The notes: generated by a model from the letters alone, not told the origin. A DNA stretch of 56,190 nt from a virus (IMGVR_UViG_3300024999_000126:1-56190), one strand, 5' to 3'; counted from the first letter of the stretch, positions 28,062 through 37,969 are shown. Numbers and translations are program-made.

Positions 28062-28094
28062 AGTATGTACGACATACGTGCAACCCTTTATAAT
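28062..28094 (+). promoter_or_regulatory. Class-I repeated promoter AGTATGTAC-N18-TATAAT (plus strand)
   Basis: Same motif in the opposite orientation, driving 28137-28340. Confidence 0.78.
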
Positions 28095-28136
28095 AGAACT
28101 GTAAGGTAAAACATTTAAGAGAGAGGGGAACCAACA

Positions 28137-28340
28137 ATGAGTAAGCCAAGTATTGGAACCATCAGGCTTGCAGAACCAGAAGGAAATGCTTTTACTATCA
28201 TGAGTCGTACGCAGAATGCTCTTAAGAAAGCGGGGTATACTGTAGAACACGTTCAAGAGTATTTGACTAAAGCTACTTCTGGTGATTACGAGAACTTGAA
28301 GAAAGTTACAGAAGAATACGTAGACGTAACTTGGCTGTAA
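28137..28340 (+). CDS. Small conserved-type phage protein (GNAF...SGDY family); only plus-strand gene
   Basis: Own promoter, GGGGAACC RBS and terminator; EGNAF.I......AL..AG and A.SGDY..L pattern. Confidence 0.75.
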   Translation: MSKPSIGTIRLAEPEGNAFTIMSRTQNALKKAGYTVEHVQEYLTKATSGDYENLKKVTEEYVDVTWL

Positions 28341-28350
28341 GCTAAACTTA

Positions 28351-28373
28351 AGGGGAGGGAAACCTCCCTTTTT
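28351..28373 (+). terminator. Rho-independent terminator
   Basis: GGGAGG-GAAA-CCTCCC followed by TTTTT. Confidence 0.8.
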
Positions 28374-28406
28374 GTTGTTTAAAAATAATTGTAGCAGAAA
28401 ACAAAT

Positions 28407-28437
28407 AAACTGGAGGGAATTTAACCCTCCAGTTTTT
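28407..28437. terminator. Bidirectional terminator ending the late operon
   Basis: AAACTGGAGGG-loop-CCCTCCAGTTT. Confidence 0.75.
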
Positions 28438-28460
28438 ATATGCACGTGTTTCAAAGTATA

Positions 28461-28748
28461 TTATGTTTTAGATGGCTTGTATGAACCAAAGAAGTCACTA
28501 ACATAGTTGGGACCACGAGCTAGAATAATTGTACCCATGAAATATCCAAACCACAGTGTTAACTGAGGATACTGACCTTCTACCCCCAACATTGTAAGAG
28601 GATTAAATCCTGTTGCAATAGTAGCTATAGTTGAGATAATAAGAGAAGCCCATACCCATGTGCTTTTACGATATTCAGCTTTGAACCACTGAACTAGCCC
28701 TTCAACGAAAACAGCTATCATTAGTATCATAACAATATCTTGCATCAT
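28461..28748 (-). CDS. Holin
   Basis: Three TM segments, A..VEGLVQ..K and ARG.N.V.D; near the endolysin. Confidence 0.75.
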   Translation of the reverse strand: MMQDIVMILMIAVFVEGLVQWFKAEYRKSTWVWASLIISTIATIATGFNPLTMLGVEGQYPQLTLWFGYFMGTIILARGPNYVSDFFGSYKPSKT

Positions 28749-28783
28749 ATTTTTTCACCTCCTTTAGTTAGACTAAGATTACT

Positions 28784-29011
28784 TTATGCAGATATGCCCT
28801 CAGCTATATCGTTATTTTCTTTTTCTTCGTAGCTTGTACAATCGAAAATAACAGTACCATTACTCCATGTTGGCATACCACTATCAACCGCATGAAGAAT
28901 CTGCGTTATAGGATATGCCATCTTACCGGCTGCGCATGGCGACTTAGCACAAGTTACACATTTGCCCTCATCATTTTGTTTGATTTTTGCACCCCAAGTC
29001 AAACTGTTCAC
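28784..29011 (-). CDS. Hypothetical Cys-rich protein
   Basis: AAGGAGG RBS; CVTC...C...C. Confidence 0.5.
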   Translation of the reverse strand: MNSLTWGAKIKQNDEGKCVTCAKSPCAAGKMAYPITQILHAVDSGMPTWSNGTVIFDCTSYEEKENNDIAEGISA

Positions 29012-29038
29012 CTCCTTAAGCTATATATTTGAATCACT

Positions 29039-29118
29039 CAGATTCATTCTTAGCATAGTAAGATTGTCGTCATATACTATTATTATAAGCATAATTAAGT
29101 CCTAACAGGATGAATCTG
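29039..29118. repeat. 80-bp symmetric intergenic element
   Basis: CAGATTCATTCT/AGGATGAATCTG arms, central CATATAC. Confidence 0.55.
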
Positions 29119-29159
29119 GTAAACCATGAAATAACCTTGATAAGTCTATCGACTATGTA

Positions 29160-29879
29160 CTAAGGAGTATTTCTTTCAACATGATAGCTTGCTTTATAAT
29201 ATCTGGCTGCCTCTTCTATGACCAAGAGAGAGCTTAATGTTGCAATTACACTAAGAGTTTTATCGTCATCAGAGGGATATAGGGAAAACCCAGACCCATT
29301 GTTTATAAGAGCTATCTTTTTTTCAATAGCTGGTTTGAAGTCTTTTATTTGACCTCTAACAAATATTGTTATTTTAAAAGTTGGTTCAGTAATAGTCACT
29401 TTAGTTCCCCCTCCATAACATACGGACCAGAACTTTTCCCATGGGAAGTTAGAAGCTAAGTCGCTTTTTCTTCCAACAGGAATTGCTATAGCTTTGTGGT
29501 CTTTAATTCCTTCTTTGGGTATCTTGTACATGCTTAACAGGTAAGCAATAGTCTTTATTTGAGCATCGGTAAACGAGTCTTTTCCGTTACCTAAGTTTTC
29601 AAATTCAAAGCCTATTGTGTCATTATTTCCCCAACCAGCAATAGCTCTTCCAGTATGATAAGCTGCATGCATAGGGTGGACAAGCATATAAGCATCACCA
29701 TTCTTGGCTATTTCATAATGACACGATACGTAATTATCGTCTTTAGCTGTAAGTGTTGCTATGTCTCCTGCAAGCCTACCAGCACTATGATGTAATACTG
29801 CTTTCTTGGGTATAGGTCTGATAACTCTGTTAAAATCGGGGCTTTTATAAGTTGTTATAATTTTAATTCCTTCTGACAC
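29160..29879 (-). CDS. Endolysin, N-acetylmuramoyl-L-alanine amidase (Amidase_2)
   Basis: VLHHSAG, VSCHY.I..G, AYHTG, N..TIGFE.EN, T.AQ, H..IA...RK.D. Confidence 0.9.
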   Translation of the reverse strand: MSEGIKIITTYKSPDFNRVIRPIPKKAVLHHSAGRLAGDIATLTAKDDNYVSCHYEIAKNGDAYMLVHPMHAAYHTGRAIAGWGNNDTIGFEFENLGNGKDSFTDAQIKTIAYLLSMYKIPKEGIKDHKAIAIPVGRKSDLASNFPWEKFWSVCYGGGTKVTITEPTFKITIFVRGQIKDFKPAIEKKIALINNGSGFSLYPSDDDKTLSVIATLSSLLVIEEAARYYKASYHVERNTP

Positions 29880-29881
29880 TA

Positions 29882-30061
29882 TTACTCACCCTTCCCATTA
29901 GTTCCTTTTTTAAGGTAGATACCAAAAGCTAGCCCGAATACTGAACCAATTATCCCAGCTATGAAAGGGTCTGTTTTTGTTCCTGCAATACACCCGTATA
30001 TTGCTAAAAAAACAAAGATTCCCAATGTTACATATATTACCCATAGCTGAGCCATTTTCAT
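29882..30061 (-). CDS. Small two-TM membrane protein (lysis accessory or holin-like)
   Basis: Manual translation MKMAQLWVIYVTLGIFVFLAIYGCIAG...; below the ORF-track cutoff. Confidence 0.55.
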   Translation of the reverse strand: MKMAQLWVIYVTLGIFVFLAIYGCIAGTKTDPFIAGIIGSVFGLAFGIYLKKGTNGKGE

Positions 30062-30171
30062 TGTTTAGCTTCTTTCTCGAAAAATTGTAGTTTATCGCTC
30101 ATACATTTCAAAATAAATCCAATGGGTATTCCGCCAATTACTCCAAGCATAAAAGCAGTTGCTGAATCCAT
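30058..30171 (-). CDS. Small single-TM peptide
   Basis: MDSATAFMLGVIGGIPIGFILK..., GAGGAG RBS, ATGA coupling to the next gene. Confidence 0.5.
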   Translation of the reverse strand: MDSATAFMLGVIGGIPIGFILKCMSDKLQFFEKEAKQ

Positions 30172-30194
30172 AGCTCTCCTCTCTACAAAAAAAA

Positions 30195-30548
30195 CTAAAC
30201 ATTATCAGGGACAGGAACAATTCCTCGCTCTACAGTCAACTTTCCTGGCTCCATTTTATGCACAAGACTAGACAATCTTACACCAGTTGCATCTATTACT
30301 GATTGCCAACTATAATCACCAGGAACACTAAATTCTGTGCCATCCATATCTCTACGAATCAAGTTATTCTCTTCATCAACAATCTCAAAGTCTAATACTA
30401 CAGTTGTTTTAAGACACTTAAAACCAACCGAAATAGGCCCTTCATAAGTAGTTAAGTCAGAGCCATCACTTAACACAAGTTCAATAATAAATGGAACTCC
30501 TTTGTCTCCTACATAGAGATAAAATTCGTCTTTCTCCGTTAAAATCAT
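30195..30548 (-). CDS. Baseplate/BppU-N-like tail protein
   Basis: Y.GD.G..F.I.L, DLT.Y, F..PG.Y pattern; at the end of the tail module. Confidence 0.55.
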   Translation of the reverse strand: MILTEKDEFYLYVGDKGVPFIIELVLSDGSDLTTYEGPISVGFKCLKTTVVLDFEIVDEENNLIRRDMDGTEFSVPGDYSWQSVIDATGVRLSSLVHKMEPGKLTVERGIVPVPDNV

Positions 30549-31648
30549 TTTTTCACCCTTGCTTTCAAGTCGTTAGATATTGTAGTCTTGGCAGCTAAAG
30601 TTTTCTGAATTTGTGTCTGAGCTTTTAAATCTACAGTTGCACTTGTTAAAGCGTTTAACTCATTTATTATCTCTGTTCTAGATAGCAGCTCAACACTAAT
30701 ATACGTTCTAGCAAATAAACGTCTAATAACCAATATTAGTGTTTTTTTACTCATATGCTCATGTGCACAACTACTTACAATAAGAAAGTGTTTTTGAGTA
30801 AGCGACACAATATCAGACGCTTGAGAATGTTCACAACCTACGATAATTAGCGTTGATTTTTCTTCAAGCTTTAATGAATCAGTAGTTAATTCGTGCGCTG
30901 AGTCTTCAATGATAAGCGTTTTATGTTCTATCAATACTAATACTTGTGCTTCATGTGAGCTCTCACAACCATCGACGTATATTGTGTGCGCCTGCGTTAA
31001 ATTTAAGTTGTCCGACTCGACGATGTGGATTGTGCTCTTAGCTGGTATCGGGTTTCTTGATAATTTAACGCTTTCAGTATTGTGTACGTGCTCACAATCG
31101 TCTAACGTAATATAGTGTTTTTGCGCAAGTACTATTTCATCCGACTCAATTTCATGGTCTGATTCATCAACCATCAACGGTAACAAAACGATAATGTCAT
31201 AGACTTCGTAGTCTTGCAGTCTCAAGTTATCAGATTCTATTGCGTGATTGTTATCACTAATTCCGGAGCGCAGTATGTACGGCCAGCTTAAGATTTGTGA
31301 GAGAACGACACTGTCAGACTCAATTAAGTGCAAAGAATCTTGGATGTCTAAAATACTTTGTCTTAATATTACCGGCCAATATTGAGTAGTTATCTGAATA
31401 TTTACGCTTGTTGACTCAGCGTTGTGTTCGCCGTTGTCTATACTTAAAGTTTGATTTTGGGTAAGAGTAATATTCTCTGCCTGGTGCGCGTGTTGAGTAT
31501 CTGATATAGCTATCTCAAGCGTCGCGTTGAGTAGTGTTGGCCAGTATTGAGTTTGAGACATCGTGATTGTCTGAGAATAGAGAGTGTGACTGCAATCATC
31601 AATACTCAAGACTAGTCTCGCTAATATTACAGGCCAGTATTGAGTCAT
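30545..31648 (-). CDS. Repetitive minor tail or fibre protein
   Basis: About 25-aa repeats with L.I.D..H...S...L.Q and four (Q)YWP-type motifs. Confidence 0.65.
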   Translation of the reverse strand: MTQYWPVILARLVLSIDDCSHTLYSQTITMSQTQYWPTLLNATLEIAISDTQHAHQAENITLTQNQTLSIDNGEHNAESTSVNIQITTQYWPVILRQSILDIQDSLHLIESDSVVLSQILSWPYILRSGISDNNHAIESDNLRLQDYEVYDIIVLLPLMVDESDHEIESDEIVLAQKHYITLDDCEHVHNTESVKLSRNPIPAKSTIHIVESDNLNLTQAHTIYVDGCESSHEAQVLVLIEHKTLIIEDSAHELTTDSLKLEEKSTLIIVGCEHSQASDIVSLTQKHFLIVSSCAHEHMSKKTLILVIRRLFARTYISVELLSRTEIINELNALTSATVDLKAQTQIQKTLAAKTTISNDLKARVKK

Positions 31649-34425
31649 CTTGGTATCCTTAATCTCACATTAACATTTGTATCTTGCTCCCCTGGAGTTA
31701 TACCGAGATAAAATGTCTGCATCCCTTCCGATATCTCAATCTCTGAGTACCAGTTCTCGCTATCAAGAGATAAGTCAAATTTATCTGAGTGCTCGCCCGT
31801 AAAATTCACTATTCCACCAGGAGAGAAAACACTACACTCAGCTATTGTTCGTAAACCTCTTACCACTGGTACTTTTAATGCGTTAGCTTCTCTAATATGC
31901 GAATAAAGCATGATTAACTTGTTGGCGAGTATCGGTTCGCTCTCCTCGCTCCAATACCAAACCCCATCACGCTCTACCCCGGCAATCCCCACCACGCTAT
32001 CCGGCATGGTTCCCACAATTGCCTCAAGCACCGTAAAAGTATCGCCAGCCTGGACAAGACTATCATCCATGTCAAACCATACGCTTTGGCCTACTGTGTC
32101 CGGTTTGGTGCTCGTGACAGTGTCGGAATCTCGATAATAGGCGGCTTTGGTGTCGCCGTCGAGCAGTTGTGTGATGTCGCAATCTATCCTGATGTCAGTG
32201 CCGACTCGGGTCAGCGTTGGGGTGGCGAGGATTGGCCCATAGACAGGCGCTTTGATTTTGTAGTATCCCAGCACCCCCGCGACTTGCGCGAAGTGTATAT
32301 ACGGCCAGTCGCCCTCGATGTAGGTTAAATCGCCGTTGCTCTCTTCCTGGTGGTGCTCATGGTATGAGTGCTTAAGCTCGTTGACAATTTCCAGATAGTC
32401 ATAATCGGTATCGGGGTCGAGGTTGCAGATTCCAACCCATAGCTGTTTATTACTGACATCGCTATCTGCGCTTCGCCCTGTTACCCAAAGCTGGTTTTTA
32501 ATAACTGTTGCCCTGATGCGCCCGTTTTTGTAGCCCCACAAATCCAGCAGGCTAACAAGCGACCCCCATGTAGCGCCGCCATCTGGTGATACTCTGTACG
32601 CCTGATGCGCACCTGTCCATGTCACATAGTTGTCATAACGGATGAGCGCAACCAGATATCCGGTGTAGGGGTCTTGGAATATCTCAACCTCTGACGGGAA
32701 GCGACCGGCAATATCGTCATACGCAGCGATTGTCGCCCCGACACTAAACGAGCCGGTCGCTATATTATATGTGGCGAATTTAACATTGGTCGCGGCGAGG
32801 TTGCCTGAATCATAATACCGCGCCGAGCCGATTACTTTGCCATCGGTTGTCAAGCGCGACATCTGGAACACATAACTGTCTTGTGTTGCAACAGATGTAT
32901 ATTCATCCCCGTCCGCAGAGCTATATACGGTCGTGCGCCGGTTCTGCGTGCCGTCCGCATAAGGGCAGCGGGTGTGGAAGTACCGCAAATCGCTTCCTAC
33001 GTCGATGATACCGCCATCGTGCGGCATGTCGTCATAGCTCGGCGTGTCGATGGTCGGTGTAGTCGCTGCAAGGGTAAAGCTACTTTTGTTGGTGCTCTTT
33101 ATCATCTTGGCGAGGCCGTCAGCGTTTGCGGCGTGTTGATACGCCAGCCTTGCCGCTATCGCAAACTCGCCATCGGTGGTCTGCTCGATTGAGGCGCGAC
33201 GCAGTATTCCGCCGTGGTACAAAAAGAAGTCATCGACATAAAACTCGGAGTTTAACGAACCGAGCGAGGTTGTGACTTTGCCGATTACCGCCTTGTTGGG
33301 GAAATACCCTACCAGGCTCGCCCCGTCCATCTGCGCCACGGCCTGCGCCCCGACATACACTGTCACCGAGGTTTGGTTCCCGCCGGTGCCGTGATTTCCC
33401 ACAAGCTGCACGTATTGTTTTGTGTTAAGGCTTGCCCGATGGTTTGCCGACTCGATAAGCGTCCAGGTGGAGCCGTTATACCACGCCAGTCCCCACTTGT
33501 ACGAGCTACCTGTTCTCTTGCAGACCGCCACGACCCACCTGTATGATGAGCCGTTGTAGAGACGAATGGCAAATAGTTGTGCGTTGTGCCCATCGGCGAT
33601 TGAGGCAAGATTGACATACCCCGATGCGATATACGCCTCGTTCGTTCCCTGGGCACTGAGGGTCTGTTCCAGGCTCGGCGCATCCGTCCCGTCGCTTTTA
33701 CCGGCTAGGCGCAGGCTATAATCCCCGGCATTAGACCAGGCGTTTGACTGCTCAAGCACTGTGCCGCTCGGCGCTGTCGGCGTCCATCCGTTTGGGTAGG
33801 TCTCAAAGTCGTGGCTGGCATGAGCTGGCAATACCCGCATCAGGTCGGCGTACTCGGCTATCTCAAAAGTATAGATGTGCACATTTTCAACAGAAAACGA
33901 TATGGTCTGTGTGCTCGCGCTGTTCTCGGAGCAGACAGCAAAGATGTTTTTGAACCTGGCGTTGTCGGCCACATCAATAAGTAGTAAGGTGTCCACCAGG
34001 GCTGTGCACGCGCTGTCGGAGTAAATAAGCGCTTTTACGCGCATGCCCGCCCGGTGAAACTTGATGTAATAAGGTGTGCTTACCGAAACCGCAACAGAGG
34101 TATCGCTCGTGCCGGTCGCCTCGTTGACGATGCGAAACTTGAAACTGCCATCATATACGAGGTCGAAATGTATCCCGCTCGACCACGCGTTGTAGCCTCC
34201 AATGGTATCCCCGATGCCGATAACGGCGGCTTCAGCCCCGCTTGCCGACGCCTGCTCCGGTGTGACGGTGAAAAGGGTATCCCAGCCGGTAAAATAGTCG
34301 GCGCCCTTGTAGAGGTAATTGTAGGCGTTCTCATCTCGCGCCAGGTTGACGGCATCTATCCTACGGTCGGTGAGAGTAAAGCGCCCGTTGGGGTCATTCG
34401 ATGTGTAGGCGGTGAGTGTCTCCAC
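31645..34425 (-). CDS. Tail adhesin with lectin-like domains and a sialidase/BNR beta-propeller
   Basis: Asp-box YRVSPDGGATWG, YSSADGDEY; beta-rich; GC-rich DNA. Confidence 0.65.
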   Translation of the reverse strand: METLTAYTSNDPNGRFTLTDRRIDAVNLARDENAYNYLYKGADYFTGWDTLFTVTPEQASASGAEAAVIGIGDTIGGYNAWSSGIHFDLVYDGSFKFRIVNEATGTSDTSVAVSVSTPYYIKFHRAGMRVKALIYSDSACTALVDTLLLIDVADNARFKNIFAVCSENSASTQTISFSVENVHIYTFEIAEYADLMRVLPAHASHDFETYPNGWTPTAPSGTVLEQSNAWSNAGDYSLRLAGKSDGTDAPSLEQTLSAQGTNEAYIASGYVNLASIADGHNAQLFAIRLYNGSSYRWVVAVCKRTGSSYKWGLAWYNGSTWTLIESANHRASLNTKQYVQLVGNHGTGGNQTSVTVYVGAQAVAQMDGASLVGYFPNKAVIGKVTTSLGSLNSEFYVDDFFLYHGGILRRASIEQTTDGEFAIAARLAYQHAANADGLAKMIKSTNKSSFTLAATTPTIDTPSYDDMPHDGGIIDVGSDLRYFHTRCPYADGTQNRRTTVYSSADGDEYTSVATQDSYVFQMSRLTTDGKVIGSARYYDSGNLAATNVKFATYNIATGSFSVGATIAAYDDIAGRFPSEVEIFQDPYTGYLVALIRYDNYVTWTGAHQAYRVSPDGGATWGSLVSLLDLWGYKNGRIRATVIKNQLWVTGRSADSDVSNKQLWVGICNLDPDTDYDYLEIVNELKHSYHEHHQEESNGDLTYIEGDWPYIHFAQVAGVLGYYKIKAPVYGPILATPTLTRVGTDIRIDCDITQLLDGDTKAAYYRDSDTVTSTKPDTVGQSVWFDMDDSLVQAGDTFTVLEAIVGTMPDSVVGIAGVERDGVWYWSEESEPILANKLIMLYSHIREANALKVPVVRGLRTIAECSVFSPGGIVNFTGEHSDKFDLSLDSENWYSEIEISEGMQTFYLGITPGEQDTNVNVRLRIPR

Positions 34426-34433
34426 ATAATCAC

Positions 34434-36035
34434 CTACTGAGCCTGTTGTATTTGGAAATCGTAGTCATGCTGTCCATAAATAGTTTCCAAAATATGGTCG
34501 CCTATTACAACGTAATCATCAGTTGCCGAACCCCTTATAGCTGATTTAGCCCTTACGGTCGGCTGATTGGTAAGTGCAGCGGTTACACCATCGGCCTTGT
34601 AGACACGGATAGTATAATTTGTAGCGTCTTTTTGTACCTCAGCGATTACTATATCTACATTGTCTACCACCGAATACCAAACAACATTAGAGTCCCATTG
34701 ATTAGCAGTAGGGTTCCAATATGTAGCCACACTACTGTCGTCGAATGTAGCGATATACACTTCTCTCGTTCCAGCGTTATCCCTGAACCACACAGCAATC
34801 TTACGCTGTCCTATGAAATCAGCATTAGCTGTTTCATTGGTAGGAACACGCACATTATCAGTGATGCTTATAAGTCGTGCACTTGCTGTACCTAAGTCGG
34901 CAACATTTGAAGCTTTTGCTCTAAATGTGTAGGTGCTAAGAGCGCTTTGCGAGCGCAATGCAGCTGTTTTATCCGTCCCGCCATCCGTATAGGTGTCCAA
35001 TGTAAACGTGTCCACCGCCGTCTGAGTAAGTGTACCAGCGCTTACCAGTGCAACCATATTGCCTCCAGTGAGCGAGACTACATCGCTATTGTTTAGGGTG
35101 ATGAGATAGGGGTCAGTAACCGTCGCAGCCGTCGCCGCAACCTCAACCCCCGCCGTAGTCCCGCGCGTGGCGACCGGAGTTACCTCACCTGTGACGTATT
35201 TGTTTCCGTCCGCTGATACTTGGGTGTAGAGATTAGCGGTTGCACCGCTAATCTCTACCGCGTCCGAGCCGTCAGCCAAGTCGCCCCGATACCATTTGAA
35301 GGTTGAAGTACCTTCCGCGCCGTAGCTGTTCGCATTGTAGGTGTAGTTGAGTGTTAAGACCTCCCCGACATAGGTGGTGCCGGTGACGGAAACACTTGTG
35401 GCGGTGGGTAGGGTGAAGGGAAATACCACAGGCGTTGACCATGCCCCAGCTGCATCAACAGCCGAGACCCTTGCCCAGTGGACGTCGACTGATAAGTCGT
35501 TGATATCGCGATAGAGGGCGGTTATGTCGTCAGCGATAGTTGTTGCGTTTTGGTCAAACTCATCAGTCGAAACTTCGAGCTTGTACTCTACGACCCCCAC
35601 ATTGTCGGTCGTAGCGTCCCAGCTTGCCCGATGGACGCTTTCGGAAGTCATCACGACGTTGATGTTTTCGACTTGCGCAGGTGGAGTAGCCGCGCCGAAC
35701 GCTCCGGCGGTTGTAAAGTCGCCCGACGATTGCGCCGATATCTGCGTCTGCCGTATCTTAATCGGGATATTTACCGGCCCGATAGATGGTGCTGCCGTTG
35801 GCGCGTCTGCTGAGCCGTACCAAGTGAAGCCTCCGTCAAACGATACCTGCAGCTCCCCATATCCTGAAGGCATAGAAAAAGTGGTATCATCTGATTCTTC
35901 ACTCGCTACCGACCCACGCATGTGCATATTGATAGCGGTATTTAAAGACAGCGAAGAGAAGTCCAGTTTATTATTGTTATCTACAAGCGTGCCATTCAGC
36001 AAGCCCGTAGTCCCACCGGTTACTAATTGCAACAT
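34434..36035 (-). CDS. Tail protein with FN3/Ig-like domains
   Basis: SWDATTDNVGVVEY and RVSAVDAAG (FN3); VGE.LT..Y..TF.WYR...ISGAT..Y (Ig-like). Confidence 0.65.
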   Translation of the reverse strand: MLQLVTGGTTGLLNGTLVDNNNKLDFSSLSLNTAINMHMRGSVASEESDDTTFSMPSGYGELQVSFDGGFTWYGSADAPTAAPSIGPVNIPIKIRQTQISAQSSGDFTTAGAFGAATPPAQVENINVVMTSESVHRASWDATTDNVGVVEYKLEVSTDEFDQNATTIADDITALYRDINDLSVDVHWARVSAVDAAGAWSTPVVFPFTLPTATSVSVTGTTYVGEVLTLNYTYNANSYGAEGTSTFKWYRGDLADGSDAVEISGATANLYTQVSADGNKYVTGEVTPVATRGTTAGVEVAATAATVTDPYLITLNNSDVVSLTGGNMVALVSAGTLTQTAVDTFTLDTYTDGGTDKTAALRSQSALSTYTFRAKASNVADLGTASARLISITDNVRVPTNETANADFIGQRKIAVWFRDNAGTREVYIATFDDSSVATYWNPTANQWDSNVVWYSVVDNVDIVIAEVQKDATNYTIRVYKADGVTAALTNQPTVRAKSAIRGSATDDYVVIGDHILETIYGQHDYDFQIQQAQ

Positions 36036-36107
36036 CTATATCACCTACCCTGAGCCTAGTTGGCCGTCTTGGATTTCTAAAGTCTTTTTATCTTCCATTT
36101 TATACCC

Positions 36108-36512
36108 CTATGCTGGATTACCAATTGATATAGTCCAAGATGGAAACGTTACAGTATTGCCTAGAGTTAATTCTTGCTGCGTACAAGTAGTCACGTAAAG
36201 CAGCTTTTCATTTAAGACATCAACCAATGCTACGTGTGCAGCAGTTCCAGTTGCATCAACGGCTTCATCAGCCATCTCTGCTACCGTTAACTTACGGCCA
36301 ACTTTTGTAACATCTATTTTGTCGGTTATAAGCATATCGGTGGCGGCCAACGTAGCATCCGCCAAAGCATACCCGGCAGGAGTAGCACCTACAAGGTCAG
36401 TAGCTTCAGCGTAAGTAGTTGGCTCGGATGTACAAGCAACCATCTTAGTTACATTGTTCTTAAGTACTAACAAACCTCCGTCAAGCATATCATCGTGTGC
36501 CGCTTTTCCCAT
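36108..36512 (-). CDS. Minor tail protein
   Basis: EP..YAEA, GRKLTV, GTA.HVAL.D...LLYVT, GNTV.FP.W pattern; in the tail module. Confidence 0.6.
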   Translation of the reverse strand: MGKAAHDDMLDGGLLVLKNNVTKMVACTSEPTTYAEATDLVGATPAGYALADATLAATDMLITDKIDVTKVGRKLTVAEMADEAVDATGTAAHVALVDVLNEKLLYVTTCTQQELTLGNTVTFPSWTISIGNPA

Positions 36513-36537
36513 TTCTTAGCCATCCTCTCTAAAAAAA

Positions 36538-36783
36538 CTAAATAATTACTTTACTAACAACTACAATTACGCTTCCTTTTTGTAAGCACATTATTCTATC
36601 ATTAGCAACTGGAGTATACGATGACAAATAAGGATATGCTTTTGTGCTTACCGCATCTTCGCCATCGAATAATACTTTCGGCTTTCCAGTTGTATAATTT
36701 TCGTCAATGTAACCAAACTTAATATCAACTACTAATGATTTTTCTTTAGCCCCAACTATCTCTAAGAACTCATAAGCGTCCAT
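36538..36783 (-). CDS. Small tail or baseplate protein
   Basis: G.P.V.FDGE...S.K.Y.YL.SY.P..DR; follows the hub protein. Confidence 0.6.
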   Translation of the reverse strand: MDAYEFLEIVGAKEKSLVVDIKFGYIDENYTTGKPKVLFDGEDAVSTKAYPYLSSYTPVANDRIMCLQKGSVIVVVSKVII

Positions 36784-36788
36784 TTACG

Positions 36789-37967
36789 CTACACCTCTAC
36801 AATCTTACGACAAGAATGCTTCATTAACGCATCTGCTTTAAGCTCCATGCTCCATGATGTCTCAGATACTTTTTCACTAAAGCCAAGCTCATCTATCTCT
36901 AACGTGTAAACATCGAAGTGCGAATGCATTGGCATAATCAAGCTCTCCCACTCAAATTTACGATAAATCTGAGATGCTTCTTGCTTCATTCTCTCAGCTT
37001 TAGCATCAAGTACTTCTTGAGTTGCTGCCTCTACTTGCTCAAATCTAGTAATCCATCGATTCCCTCTTGATTGATAACTTGTAGGAGAATCAACGTTTTC
37101 GTTTGTTGTAGTTGAAGTTAAGGGAGTTTGCTCTGGATTCGATACAGTTAAAACCCATTTATTAGGAACATCAACTAAGTCAAAATGGTCAATTGCTTCA
37201 GGCATAACAACGCTTTTTAAGTCAGTAGCATATGTGTATTCACTAGCACGAATAGTAGGAGAAGTATACGATTGCGCAATTGCAACGCCGTTTTCATCAA
37301 AATATATCGCTAAATAATTTATAGCTTCAAGTAAATCATTTATAATAGCGAGCTTAGTTTTTCCAGGCTCCCAATCTCTTGTTAGGGGGAGCGTATTAGC
37401 TATAGGAGCTAGATTTTGATTTGTAACTCCTGCACTGTCTAGTAACGCTTTAATTGCCGTAATATAGTTTGTACCCGTCTCTATTGTATACCTCGATGCA
37501 ATTATATCATCAACCAGTACTTGCGTTTGGTCGTAAGCCGCTACTTTTCGTTCAATTACTCCCCCTTTACCCGCTTTGCGCAACGGAGTTGAAAGTAAAA
37601 ACACTCCAAGCGGCCACTCAACGTACACTGTACCTGTTGCAAGTAATACTGGCCAACTCTGATTTCCTTGATAAACTTGACTGACAGTACTCGATACCCC
37701 TCTCATTACTAATCTAACATACGGCTTAATTCGGTCGGATAAAAAGTCAATTGTTTCATCGTCAATTATGTCAAAGCTTGCCGTGCGCTTTGTTTGAGAT
37801 AGTGCTTGATGACCAACACTTGCTGAAAGAATTTTATTCGTAATGTCTGCTTTGTATAAGTTATTTGAATCTAAGAGTTCGTAGCGAAACGAGACATGGC
37901 GATTGCCCGCATGTAAAGCATCAATAATATTCTGACGAGTAAATCCTACTTGTGCCAAGTTTTGCAT
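36789..37967 (-). CDS. Tail hub/Tal-like minor tail protein
   Basis: Follows Dit; FRYELLD, KRTASF, DRIKPY, EWPLGVF, IN.LL.AINY. Confidence 0.7.
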   Translation of the reverse strand: MQNLAQVGFTRQNIIDALHAGNRHVSFRYELLDSNNLYKADITNKILSASVGHQALSQTKRTASFDIIDDETIDFLSDRIKPYVRLVMRGVSSTVSQVYQGNQSWPVLLATGTVYVEWPLGVFLLSTPLRKAGKGGVIERKVAAYDQTQVLVDDIIASRYTIETGTNYITAIKALLDSAGVTNQNLAPIANTLPLTRDWEPGKTKLAIINDLLEAINYLAIYFDENGVAIAQSYTSPTIRASEYTYATDLKSVVMPEAIDHFDLVDVPNKWVLTVSNPEQTPLTSTTTNENVDSPTSYQSRGNRWITRFEQVEAATQEVLDAKAERMKQEASQIYRKFEWESLIMPMHSHFDVYTLEIDELGFSEKVSETSWSMELKADALMKHSCRKIVEV

Positions 37968-37969
37968 CG

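Noticed and set aside
24473-28460. Lysogeny module
   Set aside because: No integrase, repressor-like HTH pair or partition genes were recognised; the region contains small early genes.
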